64,000 nucleotides of DNA from Deferribacterales bacterium (GCA_050251945.1 JBFWLW010000006.1:1-64000), one strand, 5' to 3'; positions 1-9,608 are shown, counted from the first letter of the stretch. The notes: generated by a model not told the origin, from the letters alone. Program-made: numbers and translations.

Positions 1-124
1 TGTGTTCTACCACCTTGTTCATATGCAGCCAAGGCTCGCTGTCGGGTATCTTTGCTTGCATGTTTCATTCATAATATATCGAACAAATCATAATATACGT
101 TAATTATTTCGTGATATGCTCTAG
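1..124 (-). mobile_element. Probable IS630-family element, left end and transposase N-terminus (runs off window)
   Basis: Minus-strand ORF from ATG at 68 reads MKHASKDTRQRALAAYEQGGRT, resembling IS630 HTH N-termini. The AT-rich upstream region ends at CTAG (121-124), a typical IS630 TA target. Confidence 0.5.
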
Positions 125-186
125 CTCGGCACAGAAACATTCGCATAAAATAAGGCGAATGTTTTGACAAAGGAGGGAGATAACAC

Positions 187-213
187 AGATTGCTTCGCTA
201 CGCTCGCAAAGAC
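187..213. repeat. Half unit of REP-like family A (GATTGCTTCG...CTCGCAAAGAC)
   Basis: Matches the half units at 25469, 51020, 51180, 51618 and 58963. Confidence 0.7.
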
Positions 214-218
214 GGAAT

Positions 219-249
219 AAAAAAAGCCCCACAGGATGTGCAGGGCTTT
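219..249 (-). terminator. Intrinsic terminator downstream of transaldolase
   Basis: Minus strand AAAGCCCTGCACATCCTGTGGGGC followed by a T tract. Confidence 0.6.
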
Positions 250-266
250 GGAAAGTCTATTCTCTT

Positions 267-390
267 GTTGATGCTCAGAACCGAGCAGTTCAAGGCGGAG
301 GATTAAAAATATGCGCAGTGTACGTTGCATGTACATGAGCAATATTTTTATTCCGACAACGCAGAAATGCGGAGCGTTATAAGTATCAAC
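267..390. repeat. ERIC/IRU-like 124-bp imperfect palindrome
   Basis: Terminal IR GTTGATGCT/AGTATCAAC, internal CAAGGCGG and CAACGCAG motifs, central TGTAC-loop-GTACA stem. Confidence 0.55.
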
Positions 391-1035
391 CTATTTTACT
401 GCGTTTTCCCAGTCTTTAAGAAACTTCTCTATTCCGATGTCAGTCAGCGGATGTTTCATCATCTGCTTAACAACGGAATAAGGGATAGTGGCGACGTCCA
501 CGCCTACATCCTGAAGCTGGAGCATATGCGCCGTGCTTCTGATGCTGGCGGCGATAACCTCTGTTTCAAATCCGTATGTTTCAACAAGCTGCTGGCACTG
601 GCTCACAACTTCTATACCGTCGTGACCTATGTCGTCCAAACGACCTGCGAAGGGGCTGATGTATGATGCACCCGCTTTGCAAGCCAGAAGAGCCTGATTT
701 GCAGAGAAGATAAGCGTTACGTTAACGGGGATGCCTTCGCCTGCAAGGATGCTTGTGGCTTTAAGACCGTCCTTTGTGAAAGGAACTTTTACAACGATAT
801 ACTCGCTGATGTCTGCAAGCTCTCTGCCCTCTTTAACCATAGTTTCCCAGTCAAGCGCGATAACTTCCGCGCTGACGGGTCCGCAAACGATTTCGCAGAT
901 TTCTGCCACCGTCTTTTTAAAGTCTTTCTTCTCTTTCGCTATGAGCGACGGGTTTGTGGTAACGCCGTCGAGTATGCCGAGGTCTTTAACCTCTTTGATT
1001 TCGTCAATATTTGCTGTGTCAAGAAACAGTTTCAT
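391..1035 (-). CDS. tal: Transaldolase / fructose-6-phosphate aldolase (FSA-type)
   Basis: LFLDTAN, GVTTNPSL and VVKVP motifs; start taken at MKLFLD. Confidence 0.9.
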   Translation of the reverse strand: MKLFLDTANIDEIKEVKDLGILDGVTTNPSLIAKEKKDFKKTVAEICEIVCGPVSAEVIALDWETMVKEGRELADISEYIVVKVPFTKDGLKATSILAGEGIPVNVTLIFSANQALLACKAGASYISPFAGRLDDIGHDGIEVVSQCQQLVETYGFETEVIAASIRSTAHMLQLQDVGVDVATIPYSVVKQMMKHPLTDIGIEKFLKDWENAVK

Positions 1036-1276
1036 CTTTCTCTCCGCTTTTTTGGGCAACGAACTTGTCCATAGAGTCTTTTGAGTCGAAGTAGTACACT
1101 TTATCGTACAGTTTCACCTTAAACTCTGTGTCTTTGCTGACATAAGTTCCGCTGATGGGGTCAACTGCCGTTTCAAGTGCCTGCGCCTCCTCCCTCACTT
1201 TCTTAAGTGACTCAGGCTTACGGAAAAGTTTAAATGCAACAAATGCGATGAGAATGAATAGAAGTACTTTAACCAT
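1019..1276 (-). CDS. Small membrane-anchored YHS/TRASH-like domain protein
   Basis: N-terminal hydrophobic helix, then DPISGTYV...VYYFDS pattern (Cys-less YHS-like). Confidence 0.65.
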   Translation of the reverse strand: MVKVLLFILIAFVAFKLFRKPESLKKVREEAQALETAVDPISGTYVSKDTEFKVKLYDKVYYFDSKDSMDKFVAQKSGEKDETVS

Positions 1277-1278
1277 AG

Positions 1279-2022
1279 TTAATCTTCCTGTGTTACCTCG
1301 GCATCCTGTTTCGGTGCCTCGGGTTCTGTATTATTATCCTCACGGTGTTCGTTTCTGGGACGGAAAGGACGTCTGCCGCCGTCTCTGGGGGCGCCGCCTT
1401 TGCGCTCGGGAACGATGAGTATCTCTTTAAGATGCCCCTCGCCTTTGCTCACCGTGCTAATGCCCTTTATCTGTTTGAGCGCAATATGTATTTCCTTGCG
1501 CACCATTGTAACCATAGGAGCCATTTTAATCGGTTTGCCTGTTCTGCGGACTGTTTTTGCAAGTTTTATTGCCTTGTCCTTGAGCTGCTCCACAACTCTG
1601 TCCCTGTAGTCCTCAACGTCAACGATAAACGAGCCTTCGTTGTCGTTCCAACTGACCATGCGGTTAAGAAGAAACTGCATAGCGTCAAGCATCTGGGCGT
1701 TTTTGCCTATCAGAAGCTTTGAATCGGGAGAGATGATGTTGTAAATGACATCCGGATGTTTGAATTTTGTTTCTATGGTAACTTCATGGAATCCCGCTCT
1801 TTCCAGCAGTTCGGAAAGAACCAGTCTGCCTTTACGTTTGTAGAATTCCACGTCGTTGAATTTAATTTTCACAAGCGCGTTTTTGCTGCCGAAACCGAGA
1901 AAGCCTTTGCTTCCTGCTTCAAGGGTCTCAAATGTGATGAAATCCTTGGGTATATTGTTCTCCGAAAGGAAATTCGCTACAGCTTCGTCTGCGTTTTTCC
2001 CTTCTATTTCAAAATATTTCAT
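1279..2022 (-). CDS. jag: Jag/EloR RNA-binding protein (Jag_N, KH, R3H)
   Basis: GSKGFLGFG, LIGKNAQMLDAMQ and RKEIH motifs; downstream of yidC. Confidence 0.9.
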   Translation of the reverse strand: MKYFEIEGKNADEAVANFLSENNIPKDFITFETLEAGSKGFLGFGSKNALVKIKFNDVEFYKRKGRLVLSELLERAGFHEVTIETKFKHPDVIYNIISPDSKLLIGKNAQMLDAMQFLLNRMVSWNDNEGSFIVDVEDYRDRVVEQLKDKAIKLAKTVRRTGKPIKMAPMVTMVRKEIHIALKQIKGISTVSKGEGHLKEILIVPERKGGAPRDGGRRPFRPRNEHREDNNTEPEAPKQDAEVTQED

Positions 2023-2040
2023 AAAGATCCAGTCTCCGTT

Positions 2041-3543
2041 TTAGGCAGCCTTTTTATTAATATAATACTGCTGCGCAATTGAAAGTATGTTGTTAGTAAG
2101 CCAGTATACCACCAGACCTGCCGGAAATGTAAGGAACATAAAGGTGAAAATAAACGGCATCAGCATAAATACCTTCTGCTGAATGGGATCCTGTACACTG
2201 CTGGGTGTCATTCTCTGCTGGATGAACATTGTAGCGCCCATGATGATGGGTGTTATGTAGTAGGGGTCTTTCATTGAAAGGTCGACTATCCAGCCGAAGA
2301 AGGGCGCGCCCTGAAGCTCGATAGCGAGAAGCAGGGTCTTGTAAAGCGCGAAGAATATCGGTATCTGAAGCACCATAGGAAGACAGCCGCCAAGGGGATT
2401 AACGCCCTCTTTCTTGTAAAGCTCCATCATAGCCTGATTCAGTTTTTCTTTGTCCGCGCCGAATTTCTCTTTCAGTTCGGTCATCTTGGGTGCGAGTGAA
2501 CCCATTTTTCTCATGCTTACCATGCTCTTATGCGTAAGGGGAAGAGTGAGCGCCTTGACGACGATGGTGAGCAGGATAATGGCGATACCGTAGTTATGCA
2601 CATATCCGAAGATGAGGTTCAGGAAATAAAGCATGGGGATAGCGATAAACGCGAAGATGCCGAAGTCGATGCTCTTTTCCAGTTTAAGGTGATAGCCTTT
2701 AAGAAGCTCATATTCTTTGGGACCGGCGTAGATATTGAAGTCAACGACCTGTCTTGAACCGGGGTTAACCTGTACCGAAGTGTCGCCGTATATGTCTGCG
2801 GTCTTGTTTTTGGGAACGAATTCGCCTTTTGCAAATGAGTTGGTGATAGCTGCCAGATAGTATTTCGATGTATAGCCAATCCATGACGGTTTGTCATAGG
2901 AGACCGTTTCGTCCAGTTTTTCCGGCTTTTCTGTTCTGAGTTTCTTTCCGTCATACATAAGAGGTCCGCCGAAGGTATATTTGTCTTCGCGCAGAGCCTG
3001 ATTGATGCCGCCTGTCATACCCATGCGAACGGGAACCTCAAGGGTTTTTCCGCCGATGTTGTTAACAGTGACCTTGCCGCTGACAAGGTAGCTTGTCTTG
3101 CTGATAACATATGTCTTATCCACAACCATGTCGCCCTGTGAGCCTGAAAAGGTCACGGTAATGCTTTCAGCATCCTCTTTTTTTGAGGTCGTATAGCTGT
3201 TTACGAGAGGAACGGTTATAAATATCGAGTCGTCTGTTTTGCTGTCAAAGATAATGTCCTGAAGCGGTTTGCCGTTGTATGCAAGCACCTGTGCGCTTCT
3301 GATGTTACCTGTGTTCTGATTGAATGTGTACTTTGCGATTGGCGATTGAACGTCGAATGTAACAACTTTTTCTTTAACTTTCGGAGTGTTGTCCACAGTG
3401 AGCTTGACAGAGGGCTCCTGTGTCTTTGTGGTTTCGGTCTGTTCTGTTTTTTGTACGGGGGTTGCTTTGGGAGCGAAGAATGTCTGGAAGCCTATCAGAA
3501 CCAGCGCGCTGAGACCGAAAGCCAGAATTAAATTCTTATTCAT
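2041..3543 (-). CDS. yidC: Membrane protein insertase YidC
   Basis: YAGPK, GVNPLGGCLPMVLQIPIFF, PAGLVVYW motifs. Confidence 0.97.
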   Translation of the reverse strand: MNKNLILAFGLSALVLIGFQTFFAPKATPVQKTEQTETTKTQEPSVKLTVDNTPKVKEKVVTFDVQSPIAKYTFNQNTGNIRSAQVLAYNGKPLQDIIFDSKTDDSIFITVPLVNSYTTSKKEDAESITVTFSGSQGDMVVDKTYVISKTSYLVSGKVTVNNIGGKTLEVPVRMGMTGGINQALREDKYTFGGPLMYDGKKLRTEKPEKLDETVSYDKPSWIGYTSKYYLAAITNSFAKGEFVPKNKTADIYGDTSVQVNPGSRQVVDFNIYAGPKEYELLKGYHLKLEKSIDFGIFAFIAIPMLYFLNLIFGYVHNYGIAIILLTIVVKALTLPLTHKSMVSMRKMGSLAPKMTELKEKFGADKEKLNQAMMELYKKEGVNPLGGCLPMVLQIPIFFALYKTLLLAIELQGAPFFGWIVDLSMKDPYYITPIIMGATMFIQQRMTPSSVQDPIQQKVFMLMPFIFTFMFLTFPAGLVVYWLTNNILSIAQQYYINKKAA

Positions 3544-3574
3544 TATGAATTATCCTCCGAGGGTCGTCCTTTTT

Positions 3575-3790
3575 TCATTTAACAGGGTCGTAGCCGCCCT
3601 TTGAAAGGGGGGAACAACGTAAGATACGCCACACTGCCATGAGCGTACCCTTGACAAGCCCTTTTTTACGCAGCGCCTCCACTGCGTAGTCCGAGCAGGA
3701 GGGATAGAACCTGCATCTGTTGCCGAGCAGGGGTGAGATGAAAAGCTTATATAATCGTATCAGAAATATTATCGGTCTTCTTAAGTCCAA
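3575..3790 (-). CDS. yidD: Membrane protein insertion efficiency factor YidD (start uncertain; TTG at 3790 used)
   Basis: [10 protein letters not shown] and RILRC...GGYDPV motifs; lies between rnpA and yidC. Confidence 0.9.
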   Translation of the reverse strand: MDLRRPIIFLIRLYKLFISPLLGNRCRFYPSCSDYAVEALRKKGLVKGTLMAVWRILRCSPLSKGGYDPVK

Positions 3791-4124
3791 TATCTGCCGC
3801 AAGGCTGATAACTTCATCTCTCAGTTCACCGTAATCTGCGTTCGTGCATGCCGGCAATGCGCGGAACACCATGTCCAGACAGCAGGGAAACACTTGTCTG
3901 TTTCTGCGGAAAATCTCTCTCAGTCGGCGTTTGATCAGGTTTCGGACCACCGCCCGCTTGTCAACTTTCTTGCTGACGGTGATACCGACCCTTGTGCGGT
4001 CTTCTTCATTATATAGATAGTGGATGCAGACGAATCTGCCCTGTTTCTTTTTTCCCTGTCTGAAGACCCTTTCAAAATCCCGCGTGATCTTTAAGCGATC
4101 CTTTTCCGGAAAGCTTTCCGACAT
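3747..4124 (-). CDS. rnpA: Ribonuclease P protein component
   Basis: [26 protein letters not shown] motif. Confidence 0.95.
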   Translation of the reverse strand: MSESFPEKDRLKITRDFERVFRQGKKKQGRFVCIHYLYNEEDRTRVGITVSKKVDKRAVVRNLIKRRLREIFRRNRQVFPCCLDMVFRALPACTNADYGELRDEVISLAADIGLKKTDNISDTII

Positions 4125-4264
4125 TAAACGGCGAGACGTTTGCGGCCTTTCGCCCTTCTTCTGGCGATAACTGCTCTTCCGCCTTTGGTTTTCATTCTTG
4201 CCCTGAATCCCTGTGCGCGTTTGCGTTTCAGGTTGCTGGGCTTTCTCATAGTGAGCTGTGCCAT
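4124..4264 (-). CDS. rpmH: 50S ribosomal protein L34 (46 aa, absent from ORF track)
   Basis: Manual translation [49 protein letters not shown] overlaps the rnpA ATG. Confidence 0.95.
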   Translation of the reverse strand: MAQLTMRKPSNLKRKRAQGFRARMKTKGGRAVIARRRAKGRKRLAV

Positions 4265-4330
4265 TTTAAGAACTCTCCTTTCTATTTTTAAAGACTAAGG
4301 TATTAGCATACTTTTAAGCGTAAGCCTGTG

Positions 4331-4359
4331 ATTATATCCGCCGTCACAGTGTTTGTCAA
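4331..4359 (-). promoter_or_regulatory. Consensus sigma70 promoter for the rpmH operon
   Basis: Minus strand TTGACA-N17-TATAAT, a perfect consensus. Confidence 0.8.
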
Positions 4360-4433
4360 CCGCATATCAAATAAATTTGAATAACGAACCGCGGCAGCAG
4401 CGCGAAAGGCGCAAACTTTCTCTATATTTTTTC

Positions 4434-4462
4434 TTGACACAATATTGCGTGGCATGTATAAC
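4434..4462 (+). promoter_or_regulatory. Putative sigma70 promoter for rplU
   Basis: TTGACA-N17-TATAAC. Confidence 0.55.
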
Positions 4463-4504
4463 TGATTTCCCTGTTTAGACAGGATTCGTGGAGGTATGTG
4501 AAAA

Positions 4505-4819
4505 ATGTTCGCAATCATAAAGAGCGGCGGCAAACAATATACTGTCAAACCCGGCGATTTGCTGAAGGTTGACAGCATCAACGCTGAAGTAGACTCTGAC
4601 ATCCAAATAAGCGATGTCCTCGCAGTCAGCGAAAACGGACAGCTCAACATCGGTAAACCTTTTGTTGCCAAAGCTGTTGTTACTGCGAAAGTTGTAAATC
4701 AGATTAAAGACGACAAGATTCTTGTTTTCAAAAGAAGAAGACGTAAAGATTACAAATCAAGGTTCGGTCACAGATCACACCTGACCGTTCTTAAAATCTC
4801 CGACATTAAAGTCGGCTAA
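4505..4819 (+). CDS. rplU: 50S ribosomal protein L21
   Basis: [12 protein letters not shown]...GHR motifs. Confidence 0.97.
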   Translation: MFAIIKSGGKQYTVKPGDLLKVDSINAEVDSDIQISDVLAVSENGQLNIGKPFVAKAVVTAKVVNQIKDDKILVFKRRRRKDYKSRFGHRSHLTVLKISDIKVG

Positions 4820-4830
4820 GGAGGCGTAAG

Positions 4831-5091
4831 ATGGCTCACAAGAAAGCTGGCGGATCGACCAGAAACGGAAGGGACTCCAACTCCAAACGCCTCGGCGTTA
4901 AAAAATATGACGGTGAAGTGGTTATCGCAGGAAACATCATCGTCAGACAGCGCGGTACCAAGTTTAAACCCGGTACAGGCGTTGGCATCGGCAAAGACGA
5001 CACACTCTTCGCCCTGACTGACGGCTTCGTCAAGTTTCAGGACAGAGGCAGCAAGGGTAAATTCGTTAACATTCTTTCCGAAAGAGCATAA
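4831..5091 (+). CDS. rpmA: 50S ribosomal protein L27
   Basis: [16 protein letters not shown]. Confidence 0.98.
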   Translation: MAHKKAGGSTRNGRDSNSKRLGVKKYDGEVVIAGNIIVRQRGTKFKPGTGVGIGKDDTLFALTDGFVKFQDRGSKGKFVNILSERA

Positions 5092-5098
5092 CAACAAG

Positions 5099-5124
5099 GC
5101 CCGCTGACAACAGCGGGCTTTTTT
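5099..5124 (+). terminator. Intrinsic terminator after rpmA
   Basis: GCCCGCTG-ACAA-CAGCGGGC-TTTTTT. Confidence 0.8.
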
Positions 5125-5173
5125 CTTGAGTTTTCTGCGTAAATCCTATAGTTTCAACACATCAGAGGTCTTC

Positions 5174-6196
5174 ATGAAATTTATTGATACATGCGAGATT
5201 ATGGCCATTGCAGGCAATGGCGGAAACGGATGCATGAGCTTCCGCAGAGAAGCATACGTTCCCAGAGGCGGTCCCGACGGAGGAAACGGCGGTGACGGAG
5301 GAAACGTCATACTTGTTGCCGTCAACTCCAAGCATACCCTTATGGATATACGCCAGCAGTACCATTACAAAGCGGAACGCGGCGTACATGGCAAAGGAAA
5401 AGGCATGCACGGACGCAGAGGCGTCGACCAGATAATTAAAGTGCCTGCCGGAACCATAGTTTACAATGCTGAAACTGAGGAAGTCCTCGCCGATCTCACA
5501 GAGAACGGTCAGCAGGTTCTTGTGGCAAAAGGCGGCAAGGGCGGACGCGGGAACGCAAACTTTATGTCCCCCACCCACAGAGCACCTACACGCCATGAAC
5601 CCGGGTTTGAAGGCGAAACCGTAAAGCTGGCACTTGAGCTTAAGCTCATCGCAGACGTGGGCATAATCGGTTTTCCCAACGCAGGCAAGTCGACTTTCAT
5701 ATCAACTGTTTCCGCTGCGAAACCTAAAGTTGCGGATTATCCTTTCACAACACTTACACCCCACCTTGGCGTTGTCAAAGGACATTACGGCAACTCGTTC
5801 GTTCTGGCGGATATGCCCGGACTTATCGAGGGAGCCGCAGACGGCATAGGACTAGGCATACAGTTCCTTAAACATATCGAACGCACAAAGGTGCTTCTGC
5901 ACCTTATAGACGCTTCAGCCGATGAATCCATGGTTGAACGATATAAGATACTCCGTAACGAGCTTGAAAAATATGAGGGCGCGGTTGCGGGAAAAACAGA
6001 GATAATCGGTGCATCAAAGATGGATTCCCCCAATGAGGAGAATCTCGCAGAATTTGAGGCATTTCTCAAAGCGGAACTGCCGGACACGGCCTATTTCCGT
6101 TTCTCATCAATGGCACAGGAAGGCACGAAGGAGATTACCGACTATCTCGAAAATATGATCCGCGAAATGGAGCAGGAGAGTGAAGAGACTTTCTGA
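5174..6196 (+). CDS. obgE: GTPase ObgE/CgtA
   Basis: Gly-rich Obg fold, GFPNAGKST, YPFTT and DMPG motifs. Confidence 0.97.
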   Translation: MKFIDTCEIMAIAGNGGNGCMSFRREAYVPRGGPDGGNGGDGGNVILVAVNSKHTLMDIRQQYHYKAERGVHGKGKGMHGRRGVDQIIKVPAGTIVYNAETEEVLADLTENGQQVLVAKGGKGGRGNANFMSPTHRAPTRHEPGFEGETVKLALELKLIADVGIIGFPNAGKSTFISTVSAAKPKVADYPFTTLTPHLGVVKGHYGNSFVLADMPGLIEGAADGIGLGIQFLKHIERTKVLLHLIDASADESMVERYKILRNELEKYEGAVAGKTEIIGASKMDSPNEENLAEFEAFLKAELPDTAYFRFSSMAQEGTKEITDYLENMIREMEQESEETF

Positions 6197-6620
6197 GATC
6201 CTGTCGGAAACTGTAAGCAGGGAGATGCGGGATTACGCCCGTATAGCCCGTGCATGGGAAACGTCATGCGGCGAGGTCATCGCGCGCATGACCACCGTTC
6301 AGAAGCTCAAGGCGGGAGTTCTTGAAATTGCCGTCCACGACTCTAACTGGGTCACCGAGCTTAATTTCCTGAAAGGTGAATTTCTTGAACGCATCCGCGA
6401 GAAAAGTATTCAGGCGGACAGTATCAGATTTTTTTATAAGCAGAAACCGGCTCCGGAGGCTTATAACCTTGTACAGAAAAAAGAGATGTCCGCACGAGAG
6501 AAACAATATGCCGACGCTATGGCAGACAGCATTGAAAAGGAGGAATTAAGAGAAGCGTTCAGACGCGCAATGTACTCTTATTTCACAATCTATTCTCTTG
6601 ACGATACACATAATTCTTGA
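6180..6620 (+). CDS. DUF721 / DciA-like protein
   Basis: W..GE.IA....V...LEIAV.DSNW..EL pattern. Confidence 0.65.
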   Translation: MKRLSEILSETVSREMRDYARIARAWETSCGEVIARMTTVQKLKAGVLEIAVHDSNWVTELNFLKGEFLERIREKSIQADSIRFFYKQKPAPEAYNLVQKKEMSAREKQYADAMADSIEKEELREAFRRAMYSYFTIYSLDDTHNS

Positions 6621-6661
6621 TTTTCTCCATAATTCACCTATTCTCTTAAGCAGGAGGAACG

Positions 6662-7195
6662 ATGATAAGAAAGATTTATACTTTCCCTGACGATGTATTA
6701 AGAAAAAAAGCACAACCCGTTGAAAATATAGATATTGAGATAGCTGAACTGGTCAACGATATGACGGAAACCATGTACAGCCAGAAAGGCGTGGGTCTCG
6801 CAGCTCCGCAAGTAGGGGTAAGCCTGCGCGTTGTTGTCATAGACACGACATGCGGCGAGGAACCGGGCGCCCTGATCCAGCTTATAAACCCCCGGATTAT
6901 CGCCTCAGAAGGTGAGCAGACTGGCGAAGAAGGCTGCTTGAGCATCCCCGGAGAATACGAACCGGTGCGCAGGTTCAACAGCGTTACGGTAAAGGCACTA
7001 AACCCGGCGGGTGAAGAGATAGAGTTTGATGCGGAAGGCTTCCTTGCAAGAGCCGTTCAGCATGAGCTGGACCACCTTGAAGGTGTGCTTTTCATAGACA
7101 GAATACCTCCTTATAAGAGGGATATCGTGAAAAAGCATATAAAACGCCGCATTGCCGACGGTGATTATGGTTATGCGGAGGATGTAAAAAGTTAA
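6662..7195 (+). CDS. def: Peptide deformylase
   Basis: GVGLAAPQVG, EGCLS and QHELDHLEG motifs. Confidence 0.97.
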   Translation: MIRKIYTFPDDVLRKKAQPVENIDIEIAELVNDMTETMYSQKGVGLAAPQVGVSLRVVVIDTTCGEEPGALIQLINPRIIASEGEQTGEEGCLSIPGEYEPVRRFNSVTVKALNPAGEEIEFDAEGFLARAVQHELDHLEGVLFIDRIPPYKRDIVKKHIKRRIADGDYGYAEDVKS

Positions 7196-7251
7196 CTTTA
7201 TTTTACACGCCTTAATGTTATAATCTTGTATCTATATAGAGGTGGACTGTC

Positions 7252-7776
7252 ATGGTTGAGGCTGTTGCTATCGCCATTGTAAAAACTCTGGCTTCTTTCC
7301 TTTTCAAGACCTACGTTTTTGCCACCAGCAATGTCAAAATTGACGGGGCGCCTTATTGGTATATGAAAAATGTAAGCTCATCCGTGTGTGTTTACGACTA
7401 TAAACAGGGCGGGCTGGAATCCGTTGATGCAGTTAAAGATTCCACTGCGGCGAAGATGCGTGCCGAGCTTACCAAGATAATCGAAACAGTTATTTACTCC
7501 GAGTATTCCGACCTGAAAGACCCTAAAGAAAAACAATTCGTCTATATGTTTAAAAACGATCCGGAGATGAACATTTTCATAAACCGGAACATACAGTTTC
7601 CTAACCTTGAATACAATGAAAAACGAAGAATAGCCTTTGCGCAAGGGTGTATAGAAAAGGACGTAATCCTTGACTATCAGTCCAAGCGTGCTGACAAAAT
7701 CAAATATGAACTGACCCATAAACGCGCCAACGACGCTTTCGATGAGCTGGATAAAGGCGACATCTCAATACAGTAG
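7252..7776 (+). CDS. Hypothetical exported/membrane protein
   Basis: ORF with SD (GAGGTGG) and hydrophobic N-terminus; family not recognised. Confidence 0.65.
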   Translation: MVEAVAIAIVKTLASFLFKTYVFATSNVKIDGAPYWYMKNVSSSVCVYDYKQGGLESVDAVKDSTAAKMRAELTKIIETVIYSEYSDLKDPKEKQFVYMFKNDPEMNIFINRNIQFPNLEYNEKRRIAFAQGCIEKDVILDYQSKRADKIKYELTHKRANDAFDELDKGDISIQ

Positions 7777-7782
7777 GTTAAT

Positions 7783-8250
7783 ATGAAATACTTTTTATTA
7801 CTTATTTCGGCATTTTTCATAGTTTCATGCGGCAGCAGCAAATCTGCGACCTCGATAGAAAATCTTGACGTGCACAACATGGCATTACAGGACTATATGT
7901 GGCGTTTTGTGTTCAAAAAAGCGGATGAACAACTTAAAATAATCTTCGCTTCCGAACCTTTTCAGCCGCTTCCTTCCGACATAGCCGTTTACGAAACTGA
8001 TCTGAACGAGGATGGAAAACCTGACTTTATAGCATCCATAATTCATTTCAGATACTACGAGAAAGGAACTTACCCGCTCTATGTAATGATGCAGGATGAT
8101 TATAACGGGTATACCCCCATGAAACTCACTCAGAGGACAGCCAATTTCGACGTTAAAGTTCTGCCGGAAAAATCCAACGGCATGCAGAACATAATGGTTG
8201 ACGGCAAAGTGCTGCTTTTCGATGGGAAAACTTATTCATCAGGACTTTAG
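7783..8250 (+). CDS. Hypothetical lipoprotein
   Basis: Signal peptide with lipobox IVSC; Ca-binding-like DLNEDGKPD. Confidence 0.7.
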   Translation: MKYFLLLISAFFIVSCGSSKSATSIENLDVHNMALQDYMWRFVFKKADEQLKIIFASEPFQPLPSDIAVYETDLNEDGKPDFIASIIHFRYYEKGTYPLYVMMQDDYNGYTPMKLTQRTANFDVKVLPEKSNGMQNIMVDGKVLLFDGKTYSSGL

Positions 8251-8251
8251 A

Positions 8252-8947
8252 ATGAAATATATTACCATACTGCTTATCGTTCTGGCTTCCGCCACCGCTT
8301 TTGCGCGGGTGAAGGTCAAAGACCCGATGGTGATAACAGACTCGGTCACCATCAGCTCATCTGCAAAACCCGATATCATGGAATCCGGCATGACTGTTCA
8401 GTACAAATCACAGGATTATGCGGCAGTATCGGCAGCGATGGAAAAGATAACAGGAGCCGTAAAAAAATCAAAAGATATATGCACCTTCTCAGGGTATAGA
8501 ATAGCACCTGAATACCAGTACATTGACGGAAAACAGATAAACGACGGCTATATGGGTTATCTGGATTTTGACTGCAAGTTCAACTCTGCGCCTGTATACG
8601 AAGCTGTGGTGAACGACGTATTCACCATTGCAGACGCGGACAGCGCATACCTGCTTACATCAAAACAAATCCGCTGGTCGGTGTCGCGCAAAGTTCTGGA
8701 CGCTCTGCGCTCGCAAATGAAAGTTGAAGCAATAAGGACGGTTCTCAGGACTGCCAGAGAATATTCAAAGGTGTCAGGGCTTCGCTGCTCTGCCAGGGAC
8801 ATAAATCTTGAGTATAATGACTATTCACCCGTCGTAAGGGAGTACAGCGCTGTAAGAGCCGGTAAGGCAGCCGTACAGGTGAGTGAACCGGATAAGACAG
8901 ACCAGACGGTCAGCCTTTCCGTTAAATACAATTATGTATGCAGATAG
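8252..8947 (+). CDS. SIMPL (DUF541)-like periplasmic protein
   Basis: Signal peptide; PD..., YRIAPEYQY...GY and C-terminal beta pattern similar to SIMPL. Confidence 0.55.
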   Translation: MKYITILLIVLASATAFARVKVKDPMVITDSVTISSSAKPDIMESGMTVQYKSQDYAAVSAAMEKITGAVKKSKDICTFSGYRIAPEYQYIDGKQINDGYMGYLDFDCKFNSAPVYEAVVNDVFTIADADSAYLLTSKQIRWSVSRKVLDALRSQMKVEAIRTVLRTAREYSKVSGLRCSARDINLEYNDYSPVVREYSAVRAGKAAVQVSEPDKTDQTVSLSVKYNYVCR

Positions 8948-8953
8948 GAGTGC

Positions 8954-9526
8954 TTAGGCTCCAGTTCCGTCCGCGAGGTTTGAAAGTACGGTCGCGCCGG
9001 GACGTATCACACAGTTCTTTCCGATGCGGACGCCTGATCCGATAACCGCTCCCGCACCGATAACCGTTTCGCTGCCGGCAGCCGCGCCGGTCTCAAGAAT
9101 GGCACCTGCTCCGATACTGACTCCGAATTCAATGATACAGTCGCTTTCAAGGACAGCCCCCGCCCCGATTATGCACGCTTTTCCACATATTACTGAATGG
9201 TTTATAACGGCACCAGCCATAACAATGCACCCCTCGCTCAAGGACGCATTGTCCGATATCCACGATGCAGGATGCACCAGAGGAAGCACTTTTGCCTTTA
9301 TCATTTTGAGTTCGTTGAAAAGAAGTGTCCTTATCCTGTTGTCGATGATTGCGAGGATAATTTTATCGTCTGTTACGATATCCTCCTCGCTTATCACTTT
9401 TATATGATTGAATCCCGCGCATCTCGTGTCCGAGACTGCAAGTCCGTCTATCTCTATCCCGTTTAAAACCGCTGTGTCGTACACCATTTTCGCGTACGAG
9501 CCCGCACCCATAATATATGTCGCCAT
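8954..9526 (-). CDS. NeuD/PglD-like hexapeptide-repeat acetyltransferase
   Basis: IMGAGSYA Rossmann start, VHPAS motif, repeated IGAGA hexapeptides. Confidence 0.8.
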   Translation of the reverse strand: MATYIMGAGSYAKMVYDTAVLNGIEIDGLAVSDTRCAGFNHIKVISEEDIVTDDKIILAIIDNRIRTLLFNELKMIKAKVLPLVHPASWISDNASLSEGCIVMAGAVINHSVICGKACIIGAGAVLESDCIIEFGVSIGAGAILETGAAAGSETVIGAGAVIGSGVRIGKNCVIRPGATVLSNLADGTGA

Positions 9527-9559
9527 AAAGCACCCTACTTGTTTTCGGGATACTATAAC

Positions 9560-9589
9560 AAAAAAGCCCGCTTTGAAAGCGGGCTTTTT
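9560..9589. terminator. Bidirectional intrinsic terminator ending the nuo operon
   Basis: AAAAAGCCCGCTTT-G-AAAGCGGGCTTTTT. Confidence 0.8.
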
Positions 9590-9608
9590 ATATTTGCAAA
9601 GATTATTT

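Noticed and set aside
121..342. 73-aa ORF on the minus strand
   Set aside because: It spans palindromic repeats and a terminator and has no protein-like features
4265..4504. oriC upstream of rpmH
   Set aside because: No DnaA-box cluster is visible; the region is explained by two divergent promoters
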